The position numbers and the translations under genes were made by a program. The notes beneath the pieces were generated by a model. The model saw only the letters and a list, made by a program, of their open reading frames with translations. It ran no database searches and was not told the origin of the DNA. A stretch of DNA of 64,000 bases, taken from Eledone cirrhosa. Its lineage: Eukaryota. The DNA is taken from assembly GCA_964016885.1 (NCBI GenBank), contig OZ024762.1, positions 2,356,001 to 2,420,000 of the forward strand, in the 5' to 3' direction. Below, piece after piece: positions 51,878 through 64,000 of the stretch (positions within the stretch are counted from its first letter, which is position 1; each line of letters starts with the position of its first letter).

Positions 51878-52471
51878 ATTTACACACAAACATACATATA
51901 TACATGATGGCTGCCCCCTCGTTATCGAGTATGCCAATTGCATGAAAAAATAACATAATAACGACAATAATAATAACAACAATAATAGTAATAATAATAT
52001 ATATATATACACACACATATATATATATACATATCTATATATACATATACATATCTGTAAACGTGGTTGGTGTTAGGAAGGGCATTTAGCCGTAGAAAAC
52101 CCGCCAGACAGTCCTGAGCAAGACAACCAATCTTGCGTCATGTGGGACAACTCCTATCTAACCCATGCTAGCGTGGAAGATAGACGTTAAACGATGATGA
52201 TGATGATATCTATATACACACACACATATACATATCTATATATATGTACATATACATATATATATATATATATATAGGAACGAGTAGGACCCCGACGGCT
52301 GAGCTCAAGCCGCTTCGACGGCTAATTCTGGACGTGTATATATTATTATTACTATTATTGTTGTTATTATTATTGTCGTTATTATGTTATTTTTTCATGC
52401 AATTGCCATACTCGATAACGAGGGGGGCAGCCATCATGTATATATGTATGTTTGTGTGTAAATATATATAT

Positions 52472-52505
<34 letters not shown>

Positions 52506-52560
52506 GTATATGTGTATTGGTGCGTTATGGTCCACCTGGTTCCTTACCACATTTCCTTCG

Positions 52561-52605
<45 letters not shown>

Positions 52606-52799
52606 CATATATACACACATAAATGCATATATACGTACTATACATGCACCTTTGATGAGTTGTAGTGCACCTGAGCACTGTACACAATAATTTCATTATT
52701 ATTATTATTATTATTATACATACATATATACGCACATACATGCATATATACATACATACATACATACATATATACGCACATACATGCATATATACATAT

Positions 52800-53310
52800 C
52801 GGAAAACAAAATTAACAACAAACGAGGAAGAATATATTGAGACAGATGGCACTAAGGAATACTGGTGGAACCTGAAAATAAAAACTGCCACCAAATTAAA
52901 GCACAACCGGCCTGATATTGTAGTTTGGGACCACACATTGAAAACGTGTTCTGTTGTGGAGATCAGCTGCCCACTTGATGTAAACGTTGTCAGAAAAATA
53001 CATGAGAAGGAGGACATCTACGGACCATTGATGAGTTTACAAATCCAGTATCCAAGATACACCTTTAGCTTCATACCCATCATTATTGGAGCTACGGGTT
53101 ATATACCAACCCGCTTGGACCAAAGTATGACTGAACTTGGATTTGCGGACAAAAAGCGCAGCTCCCTAATTCATAGCCTACAAATGGCTGCGATAGCTGG
53201 CACCTTCAAAATTTGCAAAACATTCTTGCGATTCAAGGGATGACAATTTCTTTTCTTTTACAACCTTGCCACCAGGAAGGTGGCCGGTCAAAAAAAATAT
53301 ACTCGAAATT
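52800..53310 (+). mobile_element. Restriction-like-endonuclease non-LTR retrotransposon 3' fragment (R4/Dong-like)
   Basis: YWWNLKIKT..HNRPDIVVWD...VVEISCPLD.NV..K...K..Y..L...IPIIIGATG, a PD-(D/E)xK RLE signature. Confidence 0.8.
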
Positions 53311-54285
53311 AAGAGAAAGAGATACCATGCATACATCCATACATACACACGCACACATACACACCACTAACACCACCACCCCTACACCACACCACCACCG
53401 TTTCCCAGTGCTACTAAACAGTTGTAGTGATATTATAAGAGATACAATGACCAGTCCAGACATGTCCACCTAGAGATCTATCTCTCAATGTACACCATGT
53501 CTCAGCTAATTAGATCTGATGCTAGCTTATAGTTAACGACCAGCAGCTAATTGGGCGGGGTCTTTCATCAGGTACATAAATATATAATGGAGGGGTGGGG
53601 GTGGGGGTAGTGATGATGGGGGTTTAGGTGGTGGTGGAGAGGCAGGGTGTTGTGGTGGTGGAGGTGGTAATGGTGGTGACAGCGATAGTGATGGTAGTGG
53701 TGGTGATGGTAGTGATGGTGGTGGTGGTGGTTATGGTGGTGGTGGTGGTGGTGGTGTATGGTAGTGATGGTGGTGGTGGTGTGGTGAGGTGTAGGGGTGG
53801 TGATGGTAGTGATGGTGGTGGTGATGTGGTGTAGGGGTGGTGATGGTAGTGATGGTGGTGGTGGTGGCGATAGTGATGGTGGTGGTGGTGGCGATAGTGA
53901 TGGTGGTGGTGGTGGTGGTGATGATAGCGATGGTGGTGGTGTGGGGTAGGGGTGGTGAAAGTAGTGATGGTGGTGGTGGTGTAGTGATGGTGGTGTGGTG
54001 TAGGGGTGGTGGTGATAGCGATATTGATGGTGGTGGTGGTGGTGGTGATAGTGATGGTAGTGTTAGTGGTGATGATGGTGTTAGTGGTAGTGGTGAGGAG
54101 GTGGTGAAGTTCTGGTGGTGGTGGTGGTGGGGGAAGATTTATTGTATGGTAGTCAATAATTAAAAGATTGCTAAAATTAGCTAATTAATTGAAGTGTTTC
54201 AGTAGTAGTAGTAGTGGTGGTAGCGGTCTATTTATGTGTATATATGTATATTTGTATATATGTATATATTTATATATAATATATG

Positions 54286-54337
<52 letters not shown>

Positions 54338-54528
54338 ATAAAGGAAATGTGGTAGGGAACCAGATGGACCATAATGCACCAAAGTACTCAATACTTAGGG
54401 TAGTAGAGTGGGTAATAGGAACAAGTATGACCCCGACGGCAGAGCTCAAGCCGTTTCGACGGCTAATTCAGTCCAGAATTAGCCGTCGAAACGGCTTGAG
54501 CTCTGCCGTCGGGGTCATACTTGTTCCT

Positions 54529-54560
<32 letters not shown>

Positions 54561-54563
54561 CAA

Positions 54564-54594
<31 letters not shown>

Positions 54595-54634
54595 CACAAA
54601 CACACATATATATATACATATATATATATGTGTT

Positions 54635-54692
<58 letters not shown>

Positions 54693-56388
54693 CATTTATA
54701 CATATACATACATATACACATACATGCATTCATACATATACATATATATATACATTAAATGTGGTCGTGTAGGCAACACGGTAAAAACCTCCCAGCCCCA
54801 CACTGTAAATGTGGTTGGTGTTAGGAAGGGCATCCAACTGTAGAAAACCCGCCAGACAGTCCTATGCGAGCAAGACAACCACTCTTGCCTCAAGTGGGAA
54901 AACCACCATCCAAACCCATGCAAGCGTGGAACACGGACGCTAAACCTGATGATGATGATGATGATATACATACATTCATACATATACACATACATACATT
55001 CATACATACACACATACATATATAAAATTAGATCGCAATGTCTTTATTTAAAATTTGTTAACATTTTTCTGTTTGGAAAATCCCAACAGATATTGATTCA
55101 AAGAGGACGTTAACACATCTTACTTCCTAATTGTTATTTTCAAGCTGTTACAAAGGAAACCTGTTCTATGCCTCATTATATACAAGGGCGGTGGATTGGC
55201 AGTATCGGTAGAGGGTCGGACGCCATGCTTTCCAGCAGAGTTACGTCCCTTTACGATCTGAGTTCAAATCCCGCCGAGGTTGACTTTGCCTTTCATCCTT
55301 GCGGGGTCGATAAAATAAAGTACCAGTAATGCACTGGGTAATTGCTGGCCTTGTGCCTAAAGTAGAAACAATTATATATATACATCATCGTTTAACGTCT
55401 ATCTTCTACGCTAGCATGGGTTAGACAGGAATTGTCCCACTTGAGGCAAGGTGACCGTGTCTTGCTCGTACAGAACTGTTTCAGGCAGGATTTCTACGGC
55501 TGGATGCTCTTCCTAACATCAACCCCATTTACAGTGTGGACTGGGAGCCTTTTTACTGTGTTTTCTACACGACCACCTTACAGTGTGGACTGGGTGCATC
55601 TTGTCGCGACACCTACATGACTACCTTACAGTGTGGACTGGGTGCTTTTTGTCGTGACACCTACATGACCACTTTACAGTGTGGACTGGGTGCTTTTTGT
55701 TGTGACACCTACATGACCACTTTACAGTGTGGACTGGATGCTTTTTGTCGTGACACCTACACGACCACCTTACAGTGTGGACTGGGTGCTTTTTGTCGTG
55801 ACACCTACATGACCACCTTACAGTGTGGACTGGGTGCTTTTTGTTGTGACACCTACATGGCCACTCTACAGTGTATGCTCGGAGCTATGACCTCTTTAGA
55901 GTAGACTGGATGTTCTGTGGTACCTTTACAGAGAAAGGGTGGTGTTGGTGGGAGTGGGAGGATGGGGTAGGGGTAGTGGGTTAGGGTGTGTATATTGGTT
56001 AAGAGGTGCCTACTGGCTGTAGGTTAAACTTCGTACGTAAGGGAAGGCAAGTCTTCTGTATTGCATAGCCTCCAAAGGTCTCGATCCAGTGACACCTTTG
56101 GTGCTATGCAGTAATACAGAAGACCCACCTTTCCTTATGTACGTAGTTAAACCTACAGTCAGGTTTAACTTCGTACTGTCGTATATATATACACGGGGCT
56201 CTCAAGGTGGGTCTATGACCAAAAAACCTCTCTAGTGATGGTGCCACAAAAATGCACCCAGTACACTCTGTACGGGTAGTTGGCAACATGAAGGGCACCC
56301 AGCTGAAGAAACCATTCCTAAAAGGGTTGAAAGGACCTTTCAGTTATGACTAAAACATGACACCCTCCCTAGTGTTGGTGATCTACAG

Positions 56389-57222
56389 CAGGTATGTCAA
56401 ACTGAGCGTCCCTTGAGGACCACATGGCTCATATATGTGTTGTCTGAGTGCCACATGAGCCACACATGTGTTGTCTGAGGGCCACATGGGTCACATATGT
56501 GTTGTCTGAGGGCCACATGGGTCACATATGTGTTGTCTGAGGACCACATGGGTCACATATGTGTTGTCTGAGGGCCACATGGGTCATATATGTGTTGTCT
56601 GAGGGCCACATGGGTCACATATGTGTTGTCTGAGGGCCACATGGGTCACATATGTGTTGTCTGAGGGCCACATGGGTCATATATGTGTTGTCTGAGGGCC
56701 ACATGGGTCATATATGTGTTGTCTGAGGGCCACATGGGTCATATATGTGTTGTCTGAGGGCCACACGGGTCACATATGTGTTGTCTGAGGGCCACATGGG
56801 TCATATATGTGTTGTCTGAGGGCCACATGGGTCATATATGTGTTGTGAGGGACACATGGGTCACATATGTGTTGTCTGAGAGCCACATGGGTCACATATG
56901 TGTTGTCTGAGGGCAACATGGGTCACATATGTGTTGTCTGAGGGCCACACGGGTCACATATGTGTTGTCTGAGGGCCACATGGGTCACATATGTGTTGTC
57001 TGAGGGCCACATGGGTCACATATGTGTTGTCTGAGGGCCACATGGGTCACATATGTGTTGTCTGAGGGCCACATGGGCCACATATGTGTTGTCTGAGGGC
57101 CACACATGACAACTAGTTGCGCACATAACAACTAATATTTTTTTTGTTTTATATTATGCTCGCGCTGTAAAAACGTGTGGGTCGCAGGTGTGCTTGTAAA
57201 GGGCTGCACATTTCTCATGCCT
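56389..57222 (+). mobile_element. hAT-like MITE containing a 31-bp minisatellite (about 22 copies)
   Basis: Ends caggtatgtcaaac... / ...tttctcatgccta; internal unit gagggccacatgggtcacatatgtgttgtct at about 56413-57105. Confidence 0.5.
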
Positions 57223-57461
57223 AATCTACACCTTAAAAGCACCCAGTACATACTGTAAAGTGGTAGGTGTTACGAAGGGCATTGAGCTGTAGAAAGCTTT
57301 GCAAACAAAGAGTTGAGAGGACCTTCTGTGCAACAATGACTGTATTATGTAAACAGGATACAGGCGTTGCCAAGCTGTCTGGGAGGGCAGCAACTCCTGC
57401 TACTGTACTCCCTGTTTAACATTGTTAGAAGGGAAAGCAGGTGTTAAATGATGATGATATA

Positions 57462-57504
<43 letters not shown>

Positions 57505-57568
57505 CAAAAGACTTAGTCATGCAGGGGTTTTTGTAACATCTCTATATATATATATATATATATACATA

Positions 57569-57599
<31 letters not shown>

Positions 57600-58490
57600 T
57601 ATATATTTATATATATTATACATGTATACCTATATGTATATAGATATCTGTGTGTGTGTGTATATATATATTATATAATAATAATTGTTTCTACTATTGG
57701 CACAAGGCCAGCAATTACCCAGTACATTACTGGTACTTTATTTTATCGACCCCGTAAGGATGAAAGGCAAAGTTAACCTCGGCGGGATTTGAACTCAGAA
57801 TAGCAAAGGCCGTAACTCTATGCTGCAAAGCATGGCGTCCTACCCTCTACCGATACTGCCAATCCACCGCCCTATATATATATAATAATAATGATAATAA
57901 TAATGAAATTATTGTGTACAGTGCTCAGGTGCACTACAACTCATCAAAGGTGCATGTATAGTACATAGAATAATGTACAAATGTCAGGAAAATGAACAGT
58001 GTATGAGTCATGATATAATAATAATAACAATAATGAAATATTGTGTACAGTGCCCAGATGCACCACAACTCATCAAAAAATATATATAGATTATACAAAT
58101 ATAAATTAGCGGGAATTGTATTTCGGCTATTGGAAATTAACGAAAAACAACTTCCGAGATGTGAGGCAAACGCTCAATAGATTCTAACGATCCAGAGCTA
58201 CAACATACGTGACAAGGCCAAACACACTGAGGCGATGGTTAAACCCTTATCTGCACAGCCATAGAAACGACCAAGTAATTCGGGTCAAACAAATTAAAAA
58301 ATATGATATATATACACACACATATATATATATATATACACACACATATATATATATATATACACACACATATATATATATATACACACATATGCATATA
58401 TATATAGATGTTACAAAAAAACCCTGCATGACTAAGTCTTTTGTATATATATATATATATATATATATTGATATATACAATATATCAATT

Positions 58491-58560
<70 letters not shown>

Positions 58561-58678
58561 ATATATACAATATATATACAATATATATATATATATATAC
58601 ACAATATATACAATATATATACAATATATATATACAATATATATATATACAATATATATATATACAATATATATATAT

Positions 58679-58744
<66 letters not shown>

Positions 58745-59354
58745 AAAAGGGAAGTAAGGTTCTATACAAAACTGATTATATAGTTATAGAGGGTGTATAT
58801 ATATATATAGAGAGAGAGAGACGTGTGTATATATATATATATAGACACGTGTGTGTGTGTATATATATATGTAGACACATGTGTGTATATATCATAATCA
58901 TCATTATCATCATTGTTATCTTATCTGCTTTCCCTGCTAGCAAGGGTTACACACATACACATACACATACACACACGTGTGTATGTGTATGTGTTTATGT
59001 GTGTGTGTGTGTGTGTCTATGTGTGTGTGTGTGTCTATGTATGTGTGTGGTTGTGTGTGTGTCTATGTGTGTGTATGTATGTGTGTGTGTGTGTCTATGT
59101 ATGTGTGTGGTTGTGTGTGTCTGTGTCTGTGTATGTATGTGTGGTTGTGTGTGTGTCTGTGTGTGTGTGTGTCTATGTATGTGTATATGTGTGTGTGGCT
59201 TCAAAGGTAAGGTGTTAAGTTTATTTCATTTCCCAGGTAAATCTATTATCGTTATCAGTGACATGTACCTAAAGATTATTTGTTAATGGATATATATATA
59301 CATATATGTGTGTATGTATATAATGTGTATATATATATAATATATATATATATA

Positions 59355-59385
<31 letters not shown>

Positions 59386-60059
59386 ATGTGTATATATATA
59401 TATAGTGAAAAGATAACAAGGACGATTGGTTACTCCTCCATTACATTTATTGGCAGGTGACGCGCGTTTCGCCACTGATCAGCTCAAGGTTCGATCTGTA
59501 TCAATCTTACCCGACTCTATAATCCGTAGCTCGACGGACCCCTTAAAGTGCAAGTAGAGGCCCGTCGAGCCGCAGATTACAGAGTCGGGTCAGATTGATA
59601 CAGATGGAACCTTGAGCTGATCAGTGGCGAAACGCGCGTCACCTGCCAATAAATGTAATGGAGGAGTAACCAATCGTCCTTGTTATCTTTTCAATATATT
59701 ACACTCTGTCTAGCTCTACACCTCGACACAGAAGTGAACCTAAACATCGAGTGCTCACCCGGGTGAACCTGCAGTAACTCCAAGTTACACTCCCTAGATA
59801 TAGATATATATATAGATATAGATATAGATGTAAAAGGTAAACAGAAATAACAACACAGTTGGTACAGTATATGGAAGTGATATATTAGGTTAACGCTGGA
59901 AATAGCACACACACACATATATATATATATACATATATATATATATCATCATGATATATATACACATATATATATATATCATCATCATATATATATATAT
60001 ATATATTTATTATCATCATCATTGTACATCCGCTTTCTCCTGCTTGCAAGGGTGGGGCG

Positions 60060-60520
60060 GCTCCTATTCAGCACAGCATCTCTCCACTTGTCATGGTCCT
60101 TCGTCATCTCCTCCCTGAGTTTCAGTGATCTGTGGTCTACCTCTACTGCGTCTTCCTTTTACTGGGATTTCTTGGCACTTCTTTACCCAGCGGTCATCCT
60201 CCATGCGCATCACATGTCCATACCATCTCAGTCTTCTCTCCTGCACACCACAACTTATCCCTCTTATACACAGTTTCTCTCTCAACTCATCCAAGCTTGG
60301 TCGTTCACACACATTGACATTGCACATCCGACGGAGTATGCTTGCTTCATTTCTCTCCAGCCATTGCATATCCTCTGCAGTTGCTGCCCATGTCTCACTA
60401 CCATGCAGCATCGCGCTCCTCACACAGGCATCATATAACCGGCCTTTTGTACGCAGGGAGAAACCCTTTGTCAACGAAGGAAGCAGCTCCCTAAACTTCT
60501 TCCAACTCGTCCTTATTCTA
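60060..60520 (-). mobile_element. RTE LINE 3' fragment
   Basis: FSLRTKGRLYDACVRSAMLHGSETW...RRLRWYGHVMRMEDDRWVKKC...GRP. Confidence 0.88.
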
Positions 60521-61708
60521 GATACTATATATGTGTGTGTATCATCATCATCACCGTTTTACGTCCGTTCTTCCATGCTAGCATGGGTTAGACGGGTTGT
60601 CCTGTTGTGGGCAGTGTCTGGTCGGCTGACCATGCCTTGCTCATACAGGAACTGATTTTGGCTTGATTTCTACAGCTGGATGCCCTTCCTAACACCAACC
60701 TCATTTACAGTGCGTGCTGGGTGCTTTTTCTGTGGCGCCTACACACATATATATATATGTATATATGACATGTGTTTATCTGTTGCCTTCTCTTTGCAGT
60801 CATAATTGTGCTTTTTTATGTCCTGCGTAAAAGGAAGTCCCACTGCTCAGCAATTAGACATGCCATGAAAATATCTGCAGCTAAGTTGAAGAAGGTGTGT
60901 TGGTCCCAGGATAAGACACACACCATTGTTGTCAAAGCTCCGGTTAGTGTTTTTTTAATATTCTTTATTGAACACTTTTCAAGGAAGAAGCCTTGTTTTT
61001 GTATGAATTCATATGTATATTGTGAAACACCTGGTTTCCTGGTAGCCAGACACACACACATACACACACACATATATACACAGAGACATATACACACACA
61101 TACACATACACACACATATACACAGACACACACACACACATAAACACAGAGACATATACACACACATACACAGACACACACACACATATACAGAGACACA
61201 TAAACACACACACACACATATACACAGAGACATATACATACACATACACACACACACACACATATACACAGAGACATATACATACACATACACACACACA
61301 TATAGACAGACACACACACACATACAGACACACACACACATATACACAGAGACACATACACACATATACCCAGAGACACATACACACACACATATACACA
61401 GACACATACACACACATACACAGACACACATATACACAGAGACATATACACACACACACACACATATACATAGAGACACATACACAGACACACACACACA
61501 TACATATACACAGATACAAGCAGACACACATACACATACACATATGCACACATACACACACACACACATACACAGAAACACAGACGCATATATACACACA
61601 TACAGACACATAAAGTCACACACATACAGACACATACGGTCACACACAGCACATTAAACAATTATCTCTGGTGAGATTAGAAGAGAGAGAGAGAGGGTTA
61701 TATATATA

Positions 61709-61754
<46 letters not shown>

Positions 61755-61782
61755 GAGAGAGAGAGAGAGAGAGAGGGTTATA

Positions 61783-61823
<41 letters not shown>

Positions 61824-61852
61824 GGTTATATATATATATATATGTGTGTATC

Positions 61853-61889
<37 letters not shown>

Positions 61890-61902
61890 GGTTATATATA
61901 TA

Positions 61903-61949
<47 letters not shown>

Positions 61950-62499
61950 GGGGGGGTGCATGGAAACCTAAGATGTTATGATAAGCAAACATCTCAACAC
62001 AACAGTTGAACAGTAAACAGATCAATAACATAGATACTGTGGTGGTGGTGGTGGTGTGGTGGTGGTGGTGGGGTGGTGGTGGTGGTGGTGGTGGTGGGGT
62101 GGTGGTGTGGTGATGGTGGTGTGTGGTGGTGTGAGGGTGGAGTGGTGGTGGTGGTGGTGGTGTGGTGATGGTGGTAGTGGTGTGAGGGTGGAGTGGTGGT
62201 GGTGGTGGTGTGAGGGTGGTGTGCTGGTGGTGGTGTGGTGGTGGTGGTGGTGTGTACATAGATACAGTGGAGCTGATAAGGTGGTTGTGGTGGTGGTGTG
62301 GGTGGGGTGTGTCGAAGAGGTGAGGAGGAGAATAAGAACAGCAACAACACCACCTGCACCTCCACACCTGCATCCCCACCTCATCACCTCCACCACCAGC
62401 AACAATGACAACAACAACGACAGCAACAAAAAGTAGGAATATATGAAAAGGTGGTCCACCACAGAACCAGGAATATATGAAGTGGGGGGGGGGGGGCAC

Positions 62500-63020
62500 A
62501 ACAACCCTGGTCATCTTTTTGACTTCCATGTCCAACACACATGGACATGGTTACAAAGTCAGGAAACATCACAGCTCCCATCATTTTCAGAAACATTTTT
62601 TTCACTCCCAGAGTTACTGAAGCATGGAACAAACTGCCTGCATCAGTTGTTAGCTGTCGAGACACTGCATCCTTTAAAACCTCCATGGAACAAACTCCCT
62701 GCATCAGTTGTTAGCTGTCGAGACACTGCATCCTTTAAAACCTCCATGGAACAAACTCCCTGCATCAGTTGTTAGCTGTCGAGACACTGCATCCTTTAAA
62801 ACCTCCATGGAACAAACTGCCTGCATCAGTTGTTAGCTGTCGAGACACTGCATCCTTTAAAACCTCCATGGAACAAACTCCCTGCATCAGTTGTTAGCTG
62901 TCGAGACACTGCATCCTTTAAAACCTCCATGATTCCCGAAATTCACCGATTCACCAATACCACACCTGGTATTCCCCCATACCTGTGTGTATATCATGAC
63001 TCCTGGCTGTATTGGTAGAT
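62500..63020 (+). mobile_element. CR1-like LINE 3' end with five 61-bp tandem copies
   Basis: HGHGYKVRK..FFT.RVTEAWNKLPASVV...SFK motif; unit catggaacaaact..cctttaaaacctc repeated over about 62623-62931. Confidence 0.7.
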
Positions 63021-63108
63021 ACAACAACAGCAGCAACAACAACAGTAACAACAACAACAACAACAGTAACAACAACAACAACAACAACAGCAGCAACAAC
63101 AACAGTAA

Positions 63109-63139
<31 letters not shown>

Positions 63140-63409
63140 AGCAACAACAACAACAGTAACAACAACAACAACAACAACAGCAACAACAGTAACAACAACA
63201 ACAACAGCAGCAACAACAACTTTATATTACATATAGAAATATGACTAACAACAACATCAAGAAGAAGAAGAAGAAGAAGAAGAATGAGGATGAGAAGGAG
63301 AAGAAGAAGAATGAATGAAAACGAAGAAAAAGAAGGACCCCCCCCAATACAACCCCTCCCTCATCCCTAAACCTCCCCTCCCCCTCAAAACAAACAAAAC
63401 ATCCCTTAC

Positions 63410-63640
63410 CAAATCTACATCTGACAACTCCTCGTAGAATATAACTGGCTGAAGGTTCCGTGGAGGGTTTTCAGTGAGGTAAACACATTGGTCCCCTATT
63501 ATAATAAACTTGAAGGTTTTCTCTACGATGCAGGCCTCATATGCTCGCAGTCGGTGGTAACGTTCACTTGTGAGGGACCTTTTTAGGAAACATTCCAGCT
63601 TGTTGTTATTCCTTTGGGACCCTGAACATGGATCAAACAT
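63410..63640 (-). CDS. C12orf56: C12orf56-like protein, exon 1
   Basis: MFDPCSGSQRNNNKLECFLKR...LRAYEACIV...VYLTENPPRNL...DVDL resembles the recalled C12orf56 N-terminus (RNSRLDVFLRR..VRAYEPCIV..VYLTENPPK); phase-0 donor TTG|GTAAG. Confidence 0.85.
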
Positions 63641-64000
63641 GGGGGTGTTTTGTTGTGTGTGTGTTAGTGGCGGTGGTGTTGTTGTGGTGTTGCGGTGGTG
63701 TTGTTGTGGTGTTGCGGTGGCGGTGGTGTTGGTGGTGGTGGTGGTGGTGTTGTTGTGGTGTTGCGGTGGCGGTGGTGTTGGTGGTGGTGGTGGTGGTGTT
63801 GTTGTGGTGTTGCGGTGGCGGTGGTGTTGTGGTGGCGGTGGTGTTGGTGGTGGCGGTGGTGTTGGTGGCGGTGGTGTTGCGGTAGTGTTGGTGGTGGTGT
63901 TGTTGTGGTGGCGGTGGTGTTGCGGTGGCGGTGGTGTTGCGGTGGCGGTGGTGGCGGTGGTGTTGCGGTGGCGGTGGTGTTGGTGGTGGTGGTGTTGTTG

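Overview
Eukaryotic, AT-rich window dominated by microsatellites. The repeat landscape (tRNA-derived SINEs, RTE LINEs, long (TA)n/(CA)n tracts) suggests an octopus/coleoid cephalopod genome; this is inference. Almost all ORFs in the supplied track are microsatellite artefacts. Two convergent spliced genes can be assembled by hand with consistent GT-AG phases: (1) a SPATA2/Tamozhennic-like PUB-domain protein with two C-terminal RanBP2-type zinc fingers (+, CDS 25449-25730 and 30034-31248, 498 aa); (2) a C12orf56-like gene (-, 10-11 exons, 63640 to 40438, about 664-678 aa). Mobile DNA includes a decayed full-length mariner, RTE, Tx1/L1, R4-like and CR1 LINE fragments, SINEs, and a TTAA-flanked piggyBac-type MITE carrying a 69-bp minisatellite. 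The most striking hidden signal is a population of type I hammerhead ribozymes from several sequence families (for example 5683-5733 -, 5953-6001 +, 13397-13434 +, 13743-13831 -, 37279-37333 -, 37536-37584 -). They sit in short fold-back elements within (TA)n tracts and resemble Penelope-like element termini or retrozymes, with recurrent core variants (U3-A8; U10.1/U11.1). Two intronic minisatellites amplify branch-point/3' splice-site-like motifs, and a 36-bp hairpin array lies just downstream of the C12orf56-like stop. All family assignments come from motif recognition, not database searches.
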